Source: Octopus sinensis
Taxonomy: Eukaryota
Length of the DNA stretch: 64,000 nt
Direction of reading: 5' to 3'
NCBI RefSeq assembly: GCF_006345805.1
Contig: NC_042998.1
Coordinates: 122,884,001 to 122,948,000, forward strand
The notes beneath the pieces were generated by a model, which was not told where the DNA came from, made no database searches, and was given only the letters and a program-made list of their open reading frames with translations. Below are positions 13,985 through 25,817 of the stretch, piece after piece; the first letter of the stretch is position 1; every line of letters begins with the position of its first letter. A program made the position numbers and the translations under genes.

Positions 13985-14207
13985 AATATTAGTTCCAAAT
14001 TTTGGCACAAGGCCCAAAATTTTGGTGGAGGGGCTAAGTTGATTACATCCATCCTAGTGATTGATTATTGATACTTATTTTATCGATTCAGAAAAAGATG
14101 ATAGGTAAAGTTGGCGTCTACGGAATTTGAACTCAGAACGTAGAGACGGGCGAAATACCGCAAACATTTTTCTCGGTGTGCTACCGATTCTGTCAGCTCG
14201 CTACCTT
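13985..14207 (-). mobile_element. SINE family B
   Basis: Reverse complement of the GGCGGCGAGCTGGCAGAATCG...GAGTTCAAATT...AATAAGTACCAG family. Confidence 0.8.
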
Positions 14208-14344
14208 AATTTTGGTTGTTATGTTGAGTTTGTTAGAGAAGAATGGTGTGGAAATGGGGAAATGTAGGAGACATAGTTTGATATTTAACTTAATATTATA
14301 CTAATGTTTGACAAAATATTCTATAAATAGCTGGCTATAGATGC

Positions 14345-14880
14345 CAGTTTCGCCGAGTGGTAAGAAGCTTACTTCCCCACACATGGTTTCGGATTCGGTC
14401 CCACTGCGTGGCACTTGAGAAACTATTTTCTACCATTGCCTCGGGCCTATCTTGTGAATGGATTTGATAGACGAAAACTGAAAGAAGCCCATCGTATATA
14501 TGTTTGCACACACACACACTACGACCGCTAGTCACTAAAGTTTTTCTCTCTCTCTCTCCCTCTCTGTTTATTTTCTCGTGTTCCTTTCTGTTGAAGAGCG
14601 TAGGCTCGAAACGTAAAAGACTTTCTCACCTTCCTGAGTGTTAAACTAATACACCTTTTGTTGTTTAGACACCTGTCTTAATCGTTTTTTAAATATAAAT
14701 TCCAACTATATATATATTTACGTATGTGTGTGTGTGTTTATGTCTGTGCTTATCTCCTGCACTGCTTAACAACCAATGTTGGTGCGTTTATGTCCCCCTA
14801 GCTTAGCGGTTCAGCAAAAAATCTGGTAGAATAAGTTCCAGATTTGAAAAACTAAAATAATTACTGGGATCGATTCTACA
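14345..14880 (+). mobile_element. SINE family A split by a PLE-terminus insertion (14530-14710)
   Basis: SINE head at 14345-14500 and SINE 3' part at 14720-14880. The intervening piece has CTGTTGA-AGAGCGTAGGCTC-GAAACGTA-AAAG (14583-14620). Confidence 0.75.
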
Positions 14881-15073
14881 AAAACTTCCTGACTAAAATC
14901 ATTCAATGGTAGAAACAAATAAAATATAAACTGTTCTTAATAATAATCAGTATCAATAAATGTTGAATCAATTTGAAAGTAAGATCCCGGCTAGGAGGAT
15001 AGATACATGTCTGTATGACAGGATATGTAGAATACTTTATACATACAAACACCACACACACACACACACACAT

Positions 15074-15113
<40 letters not shown>

Positions 15114-15122
15114 TTATATATA

Positions 15123-15157
<35 letters not shown>

Positions 15158-15158
15158 C

Positions 15159-15532
15159 ACTCATCGGGCTAAAGAGACCTTGCTTTTGATTAAGGTGTTT
15201 TTGGCCCGATGAGTAGCTAGAGGATTGCCCTTCGTTTAGATAATTACTACTTCTGAAGTTCTGCTAGCTATGAAACATATGTAGCCAGGATTTTGTCTAC
15301 TCCATTCCCTAATTTTGGGTTTCTATTCGCATACACAGCAACCTCTACTTCTAACCGTAAGCTACAAATCATTTTTTTTTCAGCTTATTGAACTACGATT
15401 CGGGAAAAAACCAACCTTCTAAGTCAATAAACCACTATTGTTCCTGAAAGATGTTTTTTTTAAAACTTCAACGGACTGCTCGATGCTTAATATCTTCCTA
15501 CACCTTGATCGTTGGGTCTTACCTTTACACAC
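15159..15532 (+). mobile_element. PLE terminus with short foldback, hammerhead motif and ORF N-terminal tail
   Basis: Hairpin 15159-15181 / 15192-15214. Motif TTTTGGC-CCGATGA-GTAGCTAG..CTAGCTAT-GAAACATATGTA-GCCAGGA. Colinear with 27760-28090. Confidence 0.75.
15199..15290 (+). ncRNA. Type I hammerhead-like ribozyme (variant core CCGAUGA)
   Basis: Stem I 7 bp, stem II 8 bp, GAAAC-AUAU-GUA with the palindrome ACAUAUGU. Confidence 0.6.
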
Positions 15533-15561
15533 ATAATTACATGTGTACATACATATATATT

Positions 15562-15940
15562 GTTGGCATCCTTTTGTCTCGGGAGACAATGGAGTTGGGC
15601 ATAAACTAATCCAGTTTAGTTCTTACATTTCATGTCCTCTCCAGTTTTGTGCAGGCTTGGGCTAGATGTAAGAAAATTCTGCTGACGTAGTCGAAAGGAG
15701 TGCAGAGCATTACATTTAGCACTAGCTTGGTTGCAGGAGCTGCCGGAAGAGTGTCGAGTTGAACACTAAACCGCCTACGGGGCGCCACTCCGGATTTCTT
15801 TGAAGGTTGTCTCCTTTCAATAATCCTGGATAGGGACCCATACCGGGTACTGTCAGCCGGGGCCGGCTGAGCTCTGGACTCATGTCAGACAGGGTCGTCA
15901 CTCCCTGAAGTAGTGAAGAAAATCGCTACCCACTACCTAT
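15562..15940 (-). mobile_element. Short RTE-derived non-autonomous element (5'UTR-like part plus 3' end)
   Basis: Minus strand has AAATCCGGAGTGGCGCCCCGTAGGCGG..GGCAGCTCCTGCAACCAAGCT (resembles RTE 5' UTRs from memory) and ends CCATTGTCTCCCGAGACAAAAGGATGCCAAC. Confidence 0.5.
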
Positions 15941-16020
15941 ATATATATATATATATTTATATTTGTTGTGCAAGATTTAGTAAGGAGAGACCACACAATA
16001 AGAAAGAAGAAAGCAAAGGA

Positions 16021-16060
16021 CCACTGATGTGGTCACCTGAGTGTGACGAAAAAACTCTGG
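16021..16060 (+). ncRNA. Degenerate hammerhead-like motif in a PLE-terminus remnant (15960-16180)
   Basis: CCA-CTGATGTG-GTCAC(CTGAGT)GTGAC-GAAAAAACTC-TGG. Confidence 0.45.
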
Positions 16061-16175
16061 CCGAAATAAGATTAAGTTTAATGTAAAAAAATAAATAACA
16101 CTGAAGCAAAGTAACACCAAATATATAGTGCGTGTCTTTTTATTGGCTAAACTGGCAAAATTACCATTCCGAAAT

Positions 16176-16240
<65 letters not shown>

Positions 16241-16245
<5 letters not shown>

Positions 16246-16420
16246 ATATAGAAGGAGCTTCTACAGGACTAGAACTGTTTCATTCAAGAGAAAAGATTTC
16301 TCTTGAATGAAACAGTTCTAGTCCTGTAGAAGCTCCTTCTATATAATAAATTAATTTTACTCTACTATGTATTGAGTACCTTATTTACTGTGGTTAACCC
16401 CGAATCAACCCGGGACCTAC
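16241..16420 (+). mobile_element. Perfect 53-bp-arm palindrome plus 71-bp tail, inserted in (TA)n
   Basis: 16241-16293 is the exact reverse complement of 16297-16349; 3-nt loop AGA. Confidence 0.85.
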
Positions 16421-16664
16421 ATATATATATATATATATATATAGATAGATAGATAGATATATACATATATATATATGCATACATATATATACATATATAT
16501 ATACATATATATACATATATATATACATATATATACATATATATATACGTATATATACATACATATATATACATATATATACATATATATATGCACGTAT
16601 ATATACATCCATATATATACATATATATATATTTGTACATACACACACATACACATACACACAC

Positions 16665-17160
16665 GCGTATATAAAGTAGTCTTTAGTAAATGTGGAGCAT
16701 CGTATTTAGAGAAAAATCTCTAGGGAATAATGCCTATGCAAATAATGCACTCAGACACTGCAATAATACAAAGAAACACTGAAGGAAATGTCAGACCCAG
16801 GATTTTAAAGTATTCATCAGGACTAGTGAACGCCACTGAGCAATCTTAGAATCATGGACGTCTTACTTATGAACAAATTGAGACCAGCCATTAACAACAG
16901 AGAGGAACTACATGAGACAGACTGGTTACTATAGCAACATCAGTTTGCCCATATCATCTTCCTCCTTCCTCCCCACACAAACCTGCGCTACAAATTTTCG
17001 ATGCCTCGCTTCAAATCTCCTGAAGATGTGTTATAACCCGTAAATATAGAAAGTAAAAGAGCAAAGTTGATTTTTGTCTTCCTTTTCCTTTTGTAGTTCA
17101 CTTTGTACCTACTCGTATTGTTACGGCCTTACACAACAAATCTCTTTAAAGTTATACCAC
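16665..17160 (+). pseudogene. PLE 3' fragment: decayed GIY-YIG plus hammerhead-like motif
   Basis: [14 protein letters not shown] ... NLRIMDVLLMNKLRPAINNREE; CTGAAGA (17020) ... GAAAGTA (17049). Confidence 0.65.
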
Positions 17161-17265
17161 ACAATGCTTTTCCCAAACTACTCCATTTTAATGTATACAT
17201 ACATACCTACATGCATACAAACATACATACATATACATACATATATATGTATGCATGTATATATG

Positions 17266-17305
<40 letters not shown>

Positions 17306-17314
17306 CACATACAT

Positions 17315-17345
<31 letters not shown>

Positions 17346-18129
17346 AACATAAATATATCAACTTACAAATCTCTATGTTTCTGTATATCCATCTATATCT
17401 CGTTATGTGTGTGTTGTCGTGGACAAGTATTAGAATGAATAAAGTGATAGATGAGTTCAATTGAATGAATAAGTGGATAGAAAAATAGGTAGATAAACAG
17501 ATAGACAAATTCATGAGTGTTTTGAGGGGGAGATACGAGGTAAAACAATAAGACAATGTTCTTATCCAGATGGATAAATAGATTAAGTAAATTGAATAAA
17601 TAAAGTTGTATTTGATAGTCTAGGTAATCTAATACTTACGAGTCAAGATGTAGGAATCAAGACATCGATTGAAATATACGGTGTAATTACCAATAGATTT
17701 CTTTTAAAGGTTACATGTCACAAATCTTAATAGAAACCAAGCTATATATATTTTAGTGTCTAACCGTCACACGTGATTATCTAGTCTAATTGAATCCTGT
17801 GATGGTTAAATTTCTGTGAAATATAGCTCTTTTTGTTTCAAAGATGTCGGGCTAATATCTATTATAGCTATATTCAACCCTCGCCATTTAAAAATCCAGG
17901 AATGTTTAGTGTGTAATTCTGGCATTGCTGTTGTATTTAAGTATCCTACAATATTTCAGGTTTGTATCTTTATTTAACAGATGTGGTTATGTTCTAAAGC
18001 TCCTCAAATGTGCAGGAGATTAAATACAGCAAAATTTTAGCATTTTGAAATTGGCACTAAATATGTAGTTACATACAGAATAATATTTCTTGATTCTTGC
18101 ACGATTTTATTTTACTTCGTTGTTCTGGG

Positions 18130-18330
18130 GAAGGGGTAGTATTCATGCTCCTGGACGTCGAAGGTTCTCCAAGACCAGTGAGAATGATGTCATAAATATT
18201 TCTCTTGAACCTCTCTAAGTCAACACCTTCAGGAAATACACGAAGAGTGGAAAAATCTGTCAACACAATTATGTCTCTTTACATATTCAGATTTGGCAAG
18301 GGCTGCGCAATGGGGTCAACGTTCTCACTG
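18130..18330 (-). pseudogene. LINE 3'-end fragment (same family as 5760-6470)
   Basis: RVFPEGVDLERFKRNIYDIILTG. Confidence 0.5.
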
Positions 18331-19801
18331 TGGTGGTTGAAAATTCTGCTTTTAGTCCAAAGATCTATCTACATTATTCTGTTCTAATATGTGCTTGCAG
18401 TCAGATCTTGCATCGCTAGAATCAGTCCTCCTGTTTTCGCTTTTAGTTTGGTGCTTTTATGCTGTCGTTATTTTCCCCTTCGTCTCACTTCTTGGTTATG
18501 CCTTCCGTGCTATTGACCGTGGAATGGTTTCTCTCGTCTTTGGTATGTTTTCTAATTTTGTTTTCATATTGATTTTGACTTTTTAACCATTTTTCTTTTG
18601 CGTTTTAATCTAAAATTGCTGTTTTATCTTAGTTTGTGTCTGGTTTGTAATTTATCGCTCACTTATGTATAGAGCTAATGTCTTTGCTTTTATTGTGTTT
18701 TTTATTACATTTATCAATCTTCGAATATTGTCTCTAAGTATTTTTCCAGTACGGTTCTTATTTTATAGTATTTTTCTATTTGTTTCAGGTTATGTCTCAC
18801 ATGTGTGCGAATATATTCTGTTTATATCTGCTCTGAGGTGCTGGTTTCGGTAGACTGTCAGCAGCTGTCTGGTTTTACACAATTACTATTTTCTAAAGCC
18901 AATCCTCCTCCTCTACCACGGCCACCACCACCAGCACCACCACCTCCATCTCCTCCTGCTCCTGCTCCTCCTTCTCCACCAACACCACCATCACCACCAC
19001 CATCTCCTCCTCCTTCACCACCATCACCACTACCAACACTCCTCCTCCTTCTGCTCCCACCACTAATTCTTTAAGAAAATCCTTTCAGAATTATGTATGA
19101 TTCATTAGAAATGATGATTACAGAAACAATTTTTTCCTATTTTTGCTCATCCACACCCATTTTCCTCTGTCTCGGAATAAGCAACTTGTTTACGTTTATA
19201 GCTTTGACGGTTTAGGGCTTAAGCTTTAGGGTTAAATGTAAGAGGATTTAATAGTAAATAAAGGATAACAGATCGCCGGATATTATCATTTATCTGTTTT
19301 AAAACAACATATTTTATAAGCCGCATAATTCCCTTTCGCGATATATCACTTGTGTACAACGCATTCATATTTTTTTTCTGAGTCTTTTGTAAGAGTATAT
19401 TAAAAAATCAGAAGGAAAATTCAGAAATTACGTTATCACTGTCGTATCAAGATAAGCAATATTTTCACTGTAATTACCACCCAACGCAAGTTCATTAGTG
19501 TACAAAAATTGAATCATTTAAATAACAGATTGTAAATGACATCGATTTTTTTTAGGTAATCTTCATTCACCATTGAAAATACATTTAGACTAGTTGACTT
19601 TTGTTTCTGCTATAACTTCCATTGCATTTTTATGTACGGTGTAGTTGTCACGACTGCTAAAACGTTTGCTGGCTGACAAAGTATTCTGCTATTTAGGATA
19701 TTCTTGAATATTAAAACGATTACCAGAAATTCTGAATTGTATAAAAGCGACTGCAACAAAAGCAGAAAGCGGCTTTGGACTGGACTAAATCTCTCTCTCT
19801 C

Positions 19802-19866
<65 letters not shown>

Positions 19867-19869
19867 AAC

Positions 19870-20160
19870 ACTTGTCGAAGGCGACGTTTGAGTGATCACG
19901 TTTTTTGCTGAACGACCTACAGAAATGATTTGTTTATAGTAATCAAATGTTCGTGCAGCTTATTAGCTCACGTCAGCCATTAAATCAACGTTGTTTGAAG
20001 ACGTGCACCGTGTACTACGTGTCAAGTGTCGAAGTGATCGTAGAGCGACCTGAGATGAAGGGTTTTGCTCAAGAATACAACGCACCACCAGCTCTAGGAA
20101 TTGAAACCACGATCCTACGATCCCACATTCGTGGGTGTAACACTCAGACAACTATGTCCT
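19870..20160 (-). mobile_element. SINE family C
   Basis: Reverse complement matches 11652-11950 (ACACGGTGCAC, ACATTTGAT.ACTATAA). Confidence 0.75.
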
Positions 20161-20198
20161 CTGTGTGTGTGTATATATATATATATAAAATATATACA

Positions 20199-20249
<51 letters not shown>

Positions 20250-20599
20250 GTATGTATATATATATATATTTATAACTACAACTAAGGGTTTAGCAAGAAG
20301 TTGCTCCGCCACATACCGAAAATTTAGAAATAGCAGCCAAAAGACCGTTATGTCTCCACAGATAATATTTGTAACTCACGTAGGTCAAAAGAAGGAAAAT
20401 AATGAAATCAAACAGTCTTCGACAAATTATGTACGTGCGAGAATTATAAATTTGAAAATACTAGGAAAACTTACCCATTGCATTTCCGATCAAGCGTCAT
20501 TAATTAATTATTAAATTAATAGTCATTTACCTTATATCTATGATGATTATATATATATATATATATATATATATGCATATAATATATATATGTATACAT

Positions 20600-21080
20600 G
20601 CATATAAAGGTACAGGAGGTCACCAACAGGAAACAGCATGAAATACGAAAAAAATGAGTTCAAGATGTAAACAACGAAAGGAACCAATGGAAAATAGGAC
20701 AAGTAACAAAGACAACGACCCTTCATCAGTTGTCGGCTGTCTATCTTTTCCTCATTTCGAGCATTGAACGACAATATGAGTCTTCGAAGGCAGTTGCTCC
20801 CATAGGTACCAAAATAAAATTTAGGATCTATGGAGGGTCAAAGTTAGGAACAAAAACAGGACAGTGGAAACATACAAAGAAACCGAACGAAAATAAATAT
20901 GGAGGGTCGTTAGAACGAGGGTAAAATAGTGAACACTGGAGAAATATTATCTTTGACAAGAGAAAAGATAGAACAGAGAAGATAGGATACGTCCAGTCCT
21001 TAGAAAAGTCCCGAAAAAAAACAAAGATGATCACGTGAGAAAAAGAAAGATGGACAATGGCCACGTGTGAGCAACGAGAG
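20600..21080 (-). mobile_element. Probable PLE 3'-terminal remnant
   Basis: Minus strand ACAACTGATGAAGGG followed by a pyrimidine-rich tail running into (TA)n. No coding support. Confidence 0.35.
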
Positions 21081-21099
21081 GGATAGGATATCTCGAAGC

Positions 21100-22690
21100 T
21101 AAAAAGAAGTCAGACCGAACATTTATTCTGCATCGAATTAACAAATCGGTTTAACGGATTCGAAGTCCTTCAATCTGCTTCCTCAGATGAAGTCTGGCAA
21201 ACGGTCAAACACAATCTTCAATCCGTGATGTCCACAACACTCGGTACTACTAAGCGAAAAGACAAAGACTGGATCTCGGGCCGAACAATCAAAATTGCTG
21301 AAAAGGCGAAACAAGCTCGATGCAACCAATCCGATACCTTCAGACAACTGCGCCGTGAAGCAGCCCGTTCTGCCCGTGCTGATCGAAATAAATTCTGGTG
21401 GACGGTGGCTGAAGACATGGAACGCGCCGCATCTGCTAGGGACTCCGGTAAGCTCTACAGCCTCCTTCGATCGAGCACAAAGACAGGCTCGAGTGGTAAC
21501 GAAGCCATTTTGGACCGGAATGGTGATCCCATCACCAATCTTACTGAGCGCATCATCCGCTGGGGAGACCATTTCGCCAATCTGCTGAACCACGACCACC
21601 TTGTCTGCTTTTGCGAGCGACGCGATCCCAACCTTGTATAATTGCCAAACAACTCCCCCCACGCTTCAAGATATCCTTGCTGTTATCAGAAAGCTCAAAA
21701 ATAACAAAGCTGCCGGCGAAGGTAACATTCCTGCTGAGATCCTCAAGCATAGTGCATATATACTGGGGCCCGCGATTCATCAAGTTATCACCCGGGTTTA
21801 GGATACGGAAGCCCTCCCCCAAGACTGGAGCGACGCAATACTGGTACCTCTCTTTAAGAAAGGGGATAAACGTTGCTGCAGCAACTACCGTGGCATCTGT
21901 CTGATTGATGTTTCTACCAAAATATTTGCATGTATTCTTCTGAGATGATTCCACTCAGAACATGACTCTAGAACAAAACCAAATCAGTCTGGTTTCGAGG
22001 CTGCATCGATCAAATCTTCATCCTAAGACGAATCATCTGCTTTGTTGCGTTTGTTGCTTTTTCGTCAAGGATATATACTACGCAGATGACATTGCGATAC
22101 TTGGCGAAACATTTGCTGACGTCCAGTTTGCTATCAATGAACTCCAGCTTGTTGCAGCGCAGATTGGAATGAAAGTATGCCTCGAAGACCAAAATTCTCA
22201 CAGCCGACTTCGCCCCACCAGACAAAACACCCATTGTCCTCAATGGTGATACTCTTGAAGAGGTTGAGAGTTTCAAATACATTCGCGCCATCATTACAGC
22301 TACAGGTCAAGGTGAGGCTGACATTAAAACACGATTCGACCTTGCTCGTCAAGCCTTCAAACGACTCAATGCACAACTCCCGTCAATATCTGAGATCCGA
22401 CGCACCACCAAAGTACGGATCTACCAAGCAATAGTGCGAACGATTCTCTTTTAGGGCAGCGAGTCATGGCCGATGAGGGTGGAAGATATTAAGAGATCCT
22501 TCCATCACCTCTGTCTACGCCGCATCCTTCGTGTCTGATGGCATCACTTTGTCTCCAACAATTCGGTGCGACACCAGTGCAAAATCACCTCCCTCCGACA
22601 ATTCATCTTAACGAGACAGCTGCGTTGGCTGGGTCATGTCCTCCGACGTCAACCAGGAGAATTCATCTACGAAGCAATTGCTCCGTTAAA
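21100..22690 (+). pseudogene. RTE-clade LINE ORF2 fragment with an internal RT deletion
   Basis: WISGRTIK..ARADRNKFW, LKNNKAAGEGNIPAEILK, DWSDAILVPLFKKGDKRCCSNYRGICL, YADDI, RIYQAIVRTIL. The segment between the Q.GF motif and YADD is missing. Confidence 0.9.
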
Positions 22691-23278
22691 ACGTAGTATA
22701 AATAAAACTAGAATAAATAGATATAAATATTTATCTTATCCATGAAAATGTATTTTAGCTTATAGAAGAAAAAATAACAAACTAGAGTATAACATTACTG
22801 GAAAATTCAGATACAAGTAATTAAAAGAAAATATTTAAAACTATATATATATATATATATACACACATAATATACATTAAGTGAAGCTAAAATACTATAA
22901 TTTAATCTATGTGCATAAATTATTTATTTATTTAATAAATATCTAAGATAAATCTTATTCTAATTAAGTAATATATACTTATTCTAATTAAGTAATACAT
23001 ATATATGCTAACTTACATAATACTAATATACATAATACTACTACAATCTATGACTACAAGAAATTAAAAAAAGTAAAATATATACACATTATATACACAC
23101 AAATTAGTTAAACTTACTATATAATTAATTTATATATTGATTTAATATTACACTCATAGAATTAACCAAACTATCAATTAATATCAAAATATTTACTTAA
23201 ATGAAATACTACATAACAATAAAATTCCTACCTATTAGATAAGATTATGTATATATATATATATATGTATATATATTC

Positions 23279-23352
<74 letters not shown>

Positions 23353-23359
23353 TCAATAT

Positions 23360-23570
23360 GTGACCGCGTGTGTATCGTTGGCGTTTTCATTCTCAGTTTA
23401 CCCTTCCTTGGACCTTTCCTTTTTCTATGTTTCTGACGAAGAGCTCCGCTCGAAACGTTTAATCCTCCTTCTTTCTTTTTTTTCCTGAGCGTCCAATAAC
23501 ACTATACTTATTCCACATCCTTGGGTTGTTGTGTTTTTTTGCCTTTTCATATTTGGATTAACTATATATA
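23360..23570 (+). mobile_element. PLE terminus remnant with hammerhead-like core
   Basis: CTGACGA-AGAGCTCCGCTC-GAAACGTT (23433-23459); same layout as 14583-14620. Confidence 0.6.
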
Positions 23571-23575
23571 TATAT

Positions 23576-23830
23576 ATACATATAAGATGGATGACCACCA
23601 AGTGGGCATCCAATATGCTAGATGTAGACCCCATATGATCTGACCACTAAGAAAGTGGTCAGACCATATGGGTCTACATCTAGGATATAGGATATCCACT
23701 TAGTGTTCAGCCCTCTTATATGTATGTCATATAATTTTTCTGAATTTTCAGATTCTTTCAATATGCTAGGCCACTGGTTTTAAATTGATATTAATATTCA
23801 ATGTTTCACCCTTATTATTTAAATTTTATA
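23576..23830 (+). mobile_element. Foldback element (~73-bp imperfect arms) plus tail
   Basis: Arms centred on ACCACT-AAGAA-AGTGGT (23576-23726). The tail ACTGGTTTTAAATTGATATT..ATTATTTAAAT recurs reversed at 39250-39315. Confidence 0.7.
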
Positions 23831-24349
23831 TATACATATTTAATCTTAACGAAATCTTGGGCTGATGTCAGGAATATTGATACAGGTATGTATTTCTAGC
23901 ATCTCTATATCTGATGGCGAAATATCGACATCTACCTTTCAATTGGATCCTTGGCTAGTTGCCGACCTGGTGTATGATTTTTCGGGTGTTTTAACACCCA
24001 GTGTTATTAGGGAGTCTCTCTAAACCCTATCCCACAGTAAATTCGGCAAATGTACAAACCACATAGATGTGTATGTACAATCGATAATGTTTATATATAT
24101 ATGTCTTCATATAATTCGGTTGCTTTCTTCCAAGGAATCTAGTGCTCTTAGCTTAGATTTTCTTGGGGCTACCCACATTGGAGCAGTCTCGAATTAACCA
24201 GCTGAAACCACTTAGATAATCTGGAAGTCGACTGAGGATAGAAAACTTCGAATGACCCGTCCTTGTTTTTTCCTATCCTTTTCTGTATCGTCTAACTGTC
24301 CGGATATTTTCTTGTCGCCTGTTACATTCTTCCATTTTTTGTTGTCTTA

Positions 24350-24438
<89 letters not shown>

Positions 24439-24653
24439 TATATATATATATATTTGAGTAATTGAATGAATTATCTTATTAAGGATAATTCGAAAGATAA
24501 CTGATACCTGGGTAGCAAATTCACATCAGAAAGAACACGGTTGAAGCTGCGTCCCTAGGGCATAGACTACGTGTCTTCGTGCGGAAATTTGTATGTTTAT
24601 TTTAAAATTATAACTATATGAAAGAATGGATTTGAACGACTAGTTAACAAATA

Positions 24654-24750
24654 TCCTTTATTCTCGACATATGTTTCGAAGGCTGCATATTCCTAATTCC
24701 GAAGGAATAAGGAGTACATTATGCAGATTTCTCATCAGGAAAATCAAGGA
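24654..24750 (-). ncRNA. Minimal type I hammerhead ribozyme (PLE pLTR)
   Basis: UCCUUGAUUUUC-CUGAUGA-GAA..CUGCAUA/UAUGCAG..UUC-GAAAC-AUAU-GUC-GAGAAUAAAGGA. 12-bp stem I with one mismatch; predicted cleavage between 24666 and 24665. Confidence 0.85.
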
Positions 24751-25305
24751 ACTTATGTCGACATCAAAATGCACAAAGACTTTTAGCTGACCGCTCTCAA
24801 GGAGCCCATGGCGATAATGAGTGTCTCTTTATAATGAGTGATGTCAGAGTGGCTGAATGTAGAAGAATCTAGAAGTTTCTAAAGGTTCAAGAGTTCAAAC
24901 GAAGTAGGAGGATGGAGGCATAAGAATAGTAAGGTGAGAGAGTGCAGGTCAAAAGAATGGCGGGTTTAAATGATTTCTTTTGTGAATGAGTGCCTGTGTG
25001 TGTGACTGTATATAACTGTCTTAATGTGTGTATGTGTGTGTCTGAATGCGTGATTGAGTTTGTGGATGGGTAGATGTCAGAAAACTGACAGCTTTGAGTT
25101 GAAAGGTCTGTATCTGTGTGTTCGATTATGTTTACTGTAGGGAACGGAAAGTAGATAGCGAAAGGGAGAAAGAATCGGGCGAGGTTAGAGGCAACGCAAG
25201 AATGGATAGTAGTAATTGGGAATATAAGAAAATCTTCTTTGACTATTGGGGTGAAATATAGCAAAACATTTTTTTTGGAAATCGAGGGCTTATCTATATT
25301 AGTTA

Positions 25306-25797
25306 CTATTTATATGAATGAAAAGCGTGTCTTTTCCAGTGTAAGCACCTGTAGGATCTTTCGACGATTGTGTTTATTAAAGGGCCTTTGGCGAACAAAA
25401 TATGAAAAAGTTCGGAATTACAGATGCCACAAAATTTTCTGCCTTTATCAAACGGGAAGGACACCGACAAAATGGACCATTCGAGCTTGAACGTAGTGTT
25501 ATTGTTCTTCAGACGCCAGACTAATTTGCTTAGCCCCGTGCTGTGTTGCTTTCTCTTACCTCTGAAAGTGGAATAATGGTTGGAGATCCTTTGGGATAAT
25601 TTAGAAGAGGTTGCACCAATATAGAAGTAAACATCGGTTCCAGAAGAGATTTTGCATTGGTAAGTGGTGTTTCTAATTTTGGAATTTTTGGATAAGAACT
25701 TTAATCTGTTGGGGTTGGTTACCGATACTAAGACAGAGTTTTTATTGCTGTGATAGGTGTAAAAATTGTTGCTGGCTTCGGCCACGATACTATTCAT
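25306..25797 (-). CDS. PLE GIY-YIG endonuclease domain (Naiad-like)
   Basis: TYQCKIS..FYIGAT..LSQRISNH..F..STGLSKLVWRLK..WSIL..CGICNSE..LIN..RCLH. Confidence 0.85.
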   Translation of the reverse strand: MNSIVAEASNNFYTYHSNKNSVLVSVTNPNRLKFLSKNSKIRNTTYQCKISSGTDVYFYIGATSSKLSQRISNHYSTFRGKRKQHSTGLSKLVWRLKNNNTTFKLEWSILSVSFPFDKGRKFCGICNSELFHILFAKGPLINTIVERSYRCLHWKRHAFHSYK

Positions 25798-25817
25798 CTT
25801 ATTATCATTACTATTAG

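Noticed and set aside
18805-19074. Proline-rich ORF
   Set aside because: Degenerate (CCA/CCT)n repeat with no convincing exon context.
20700-20740. CTGATGA on the minus strand as a hammerhead
   Set aside because: No downstream stem II plus GAAA was found.
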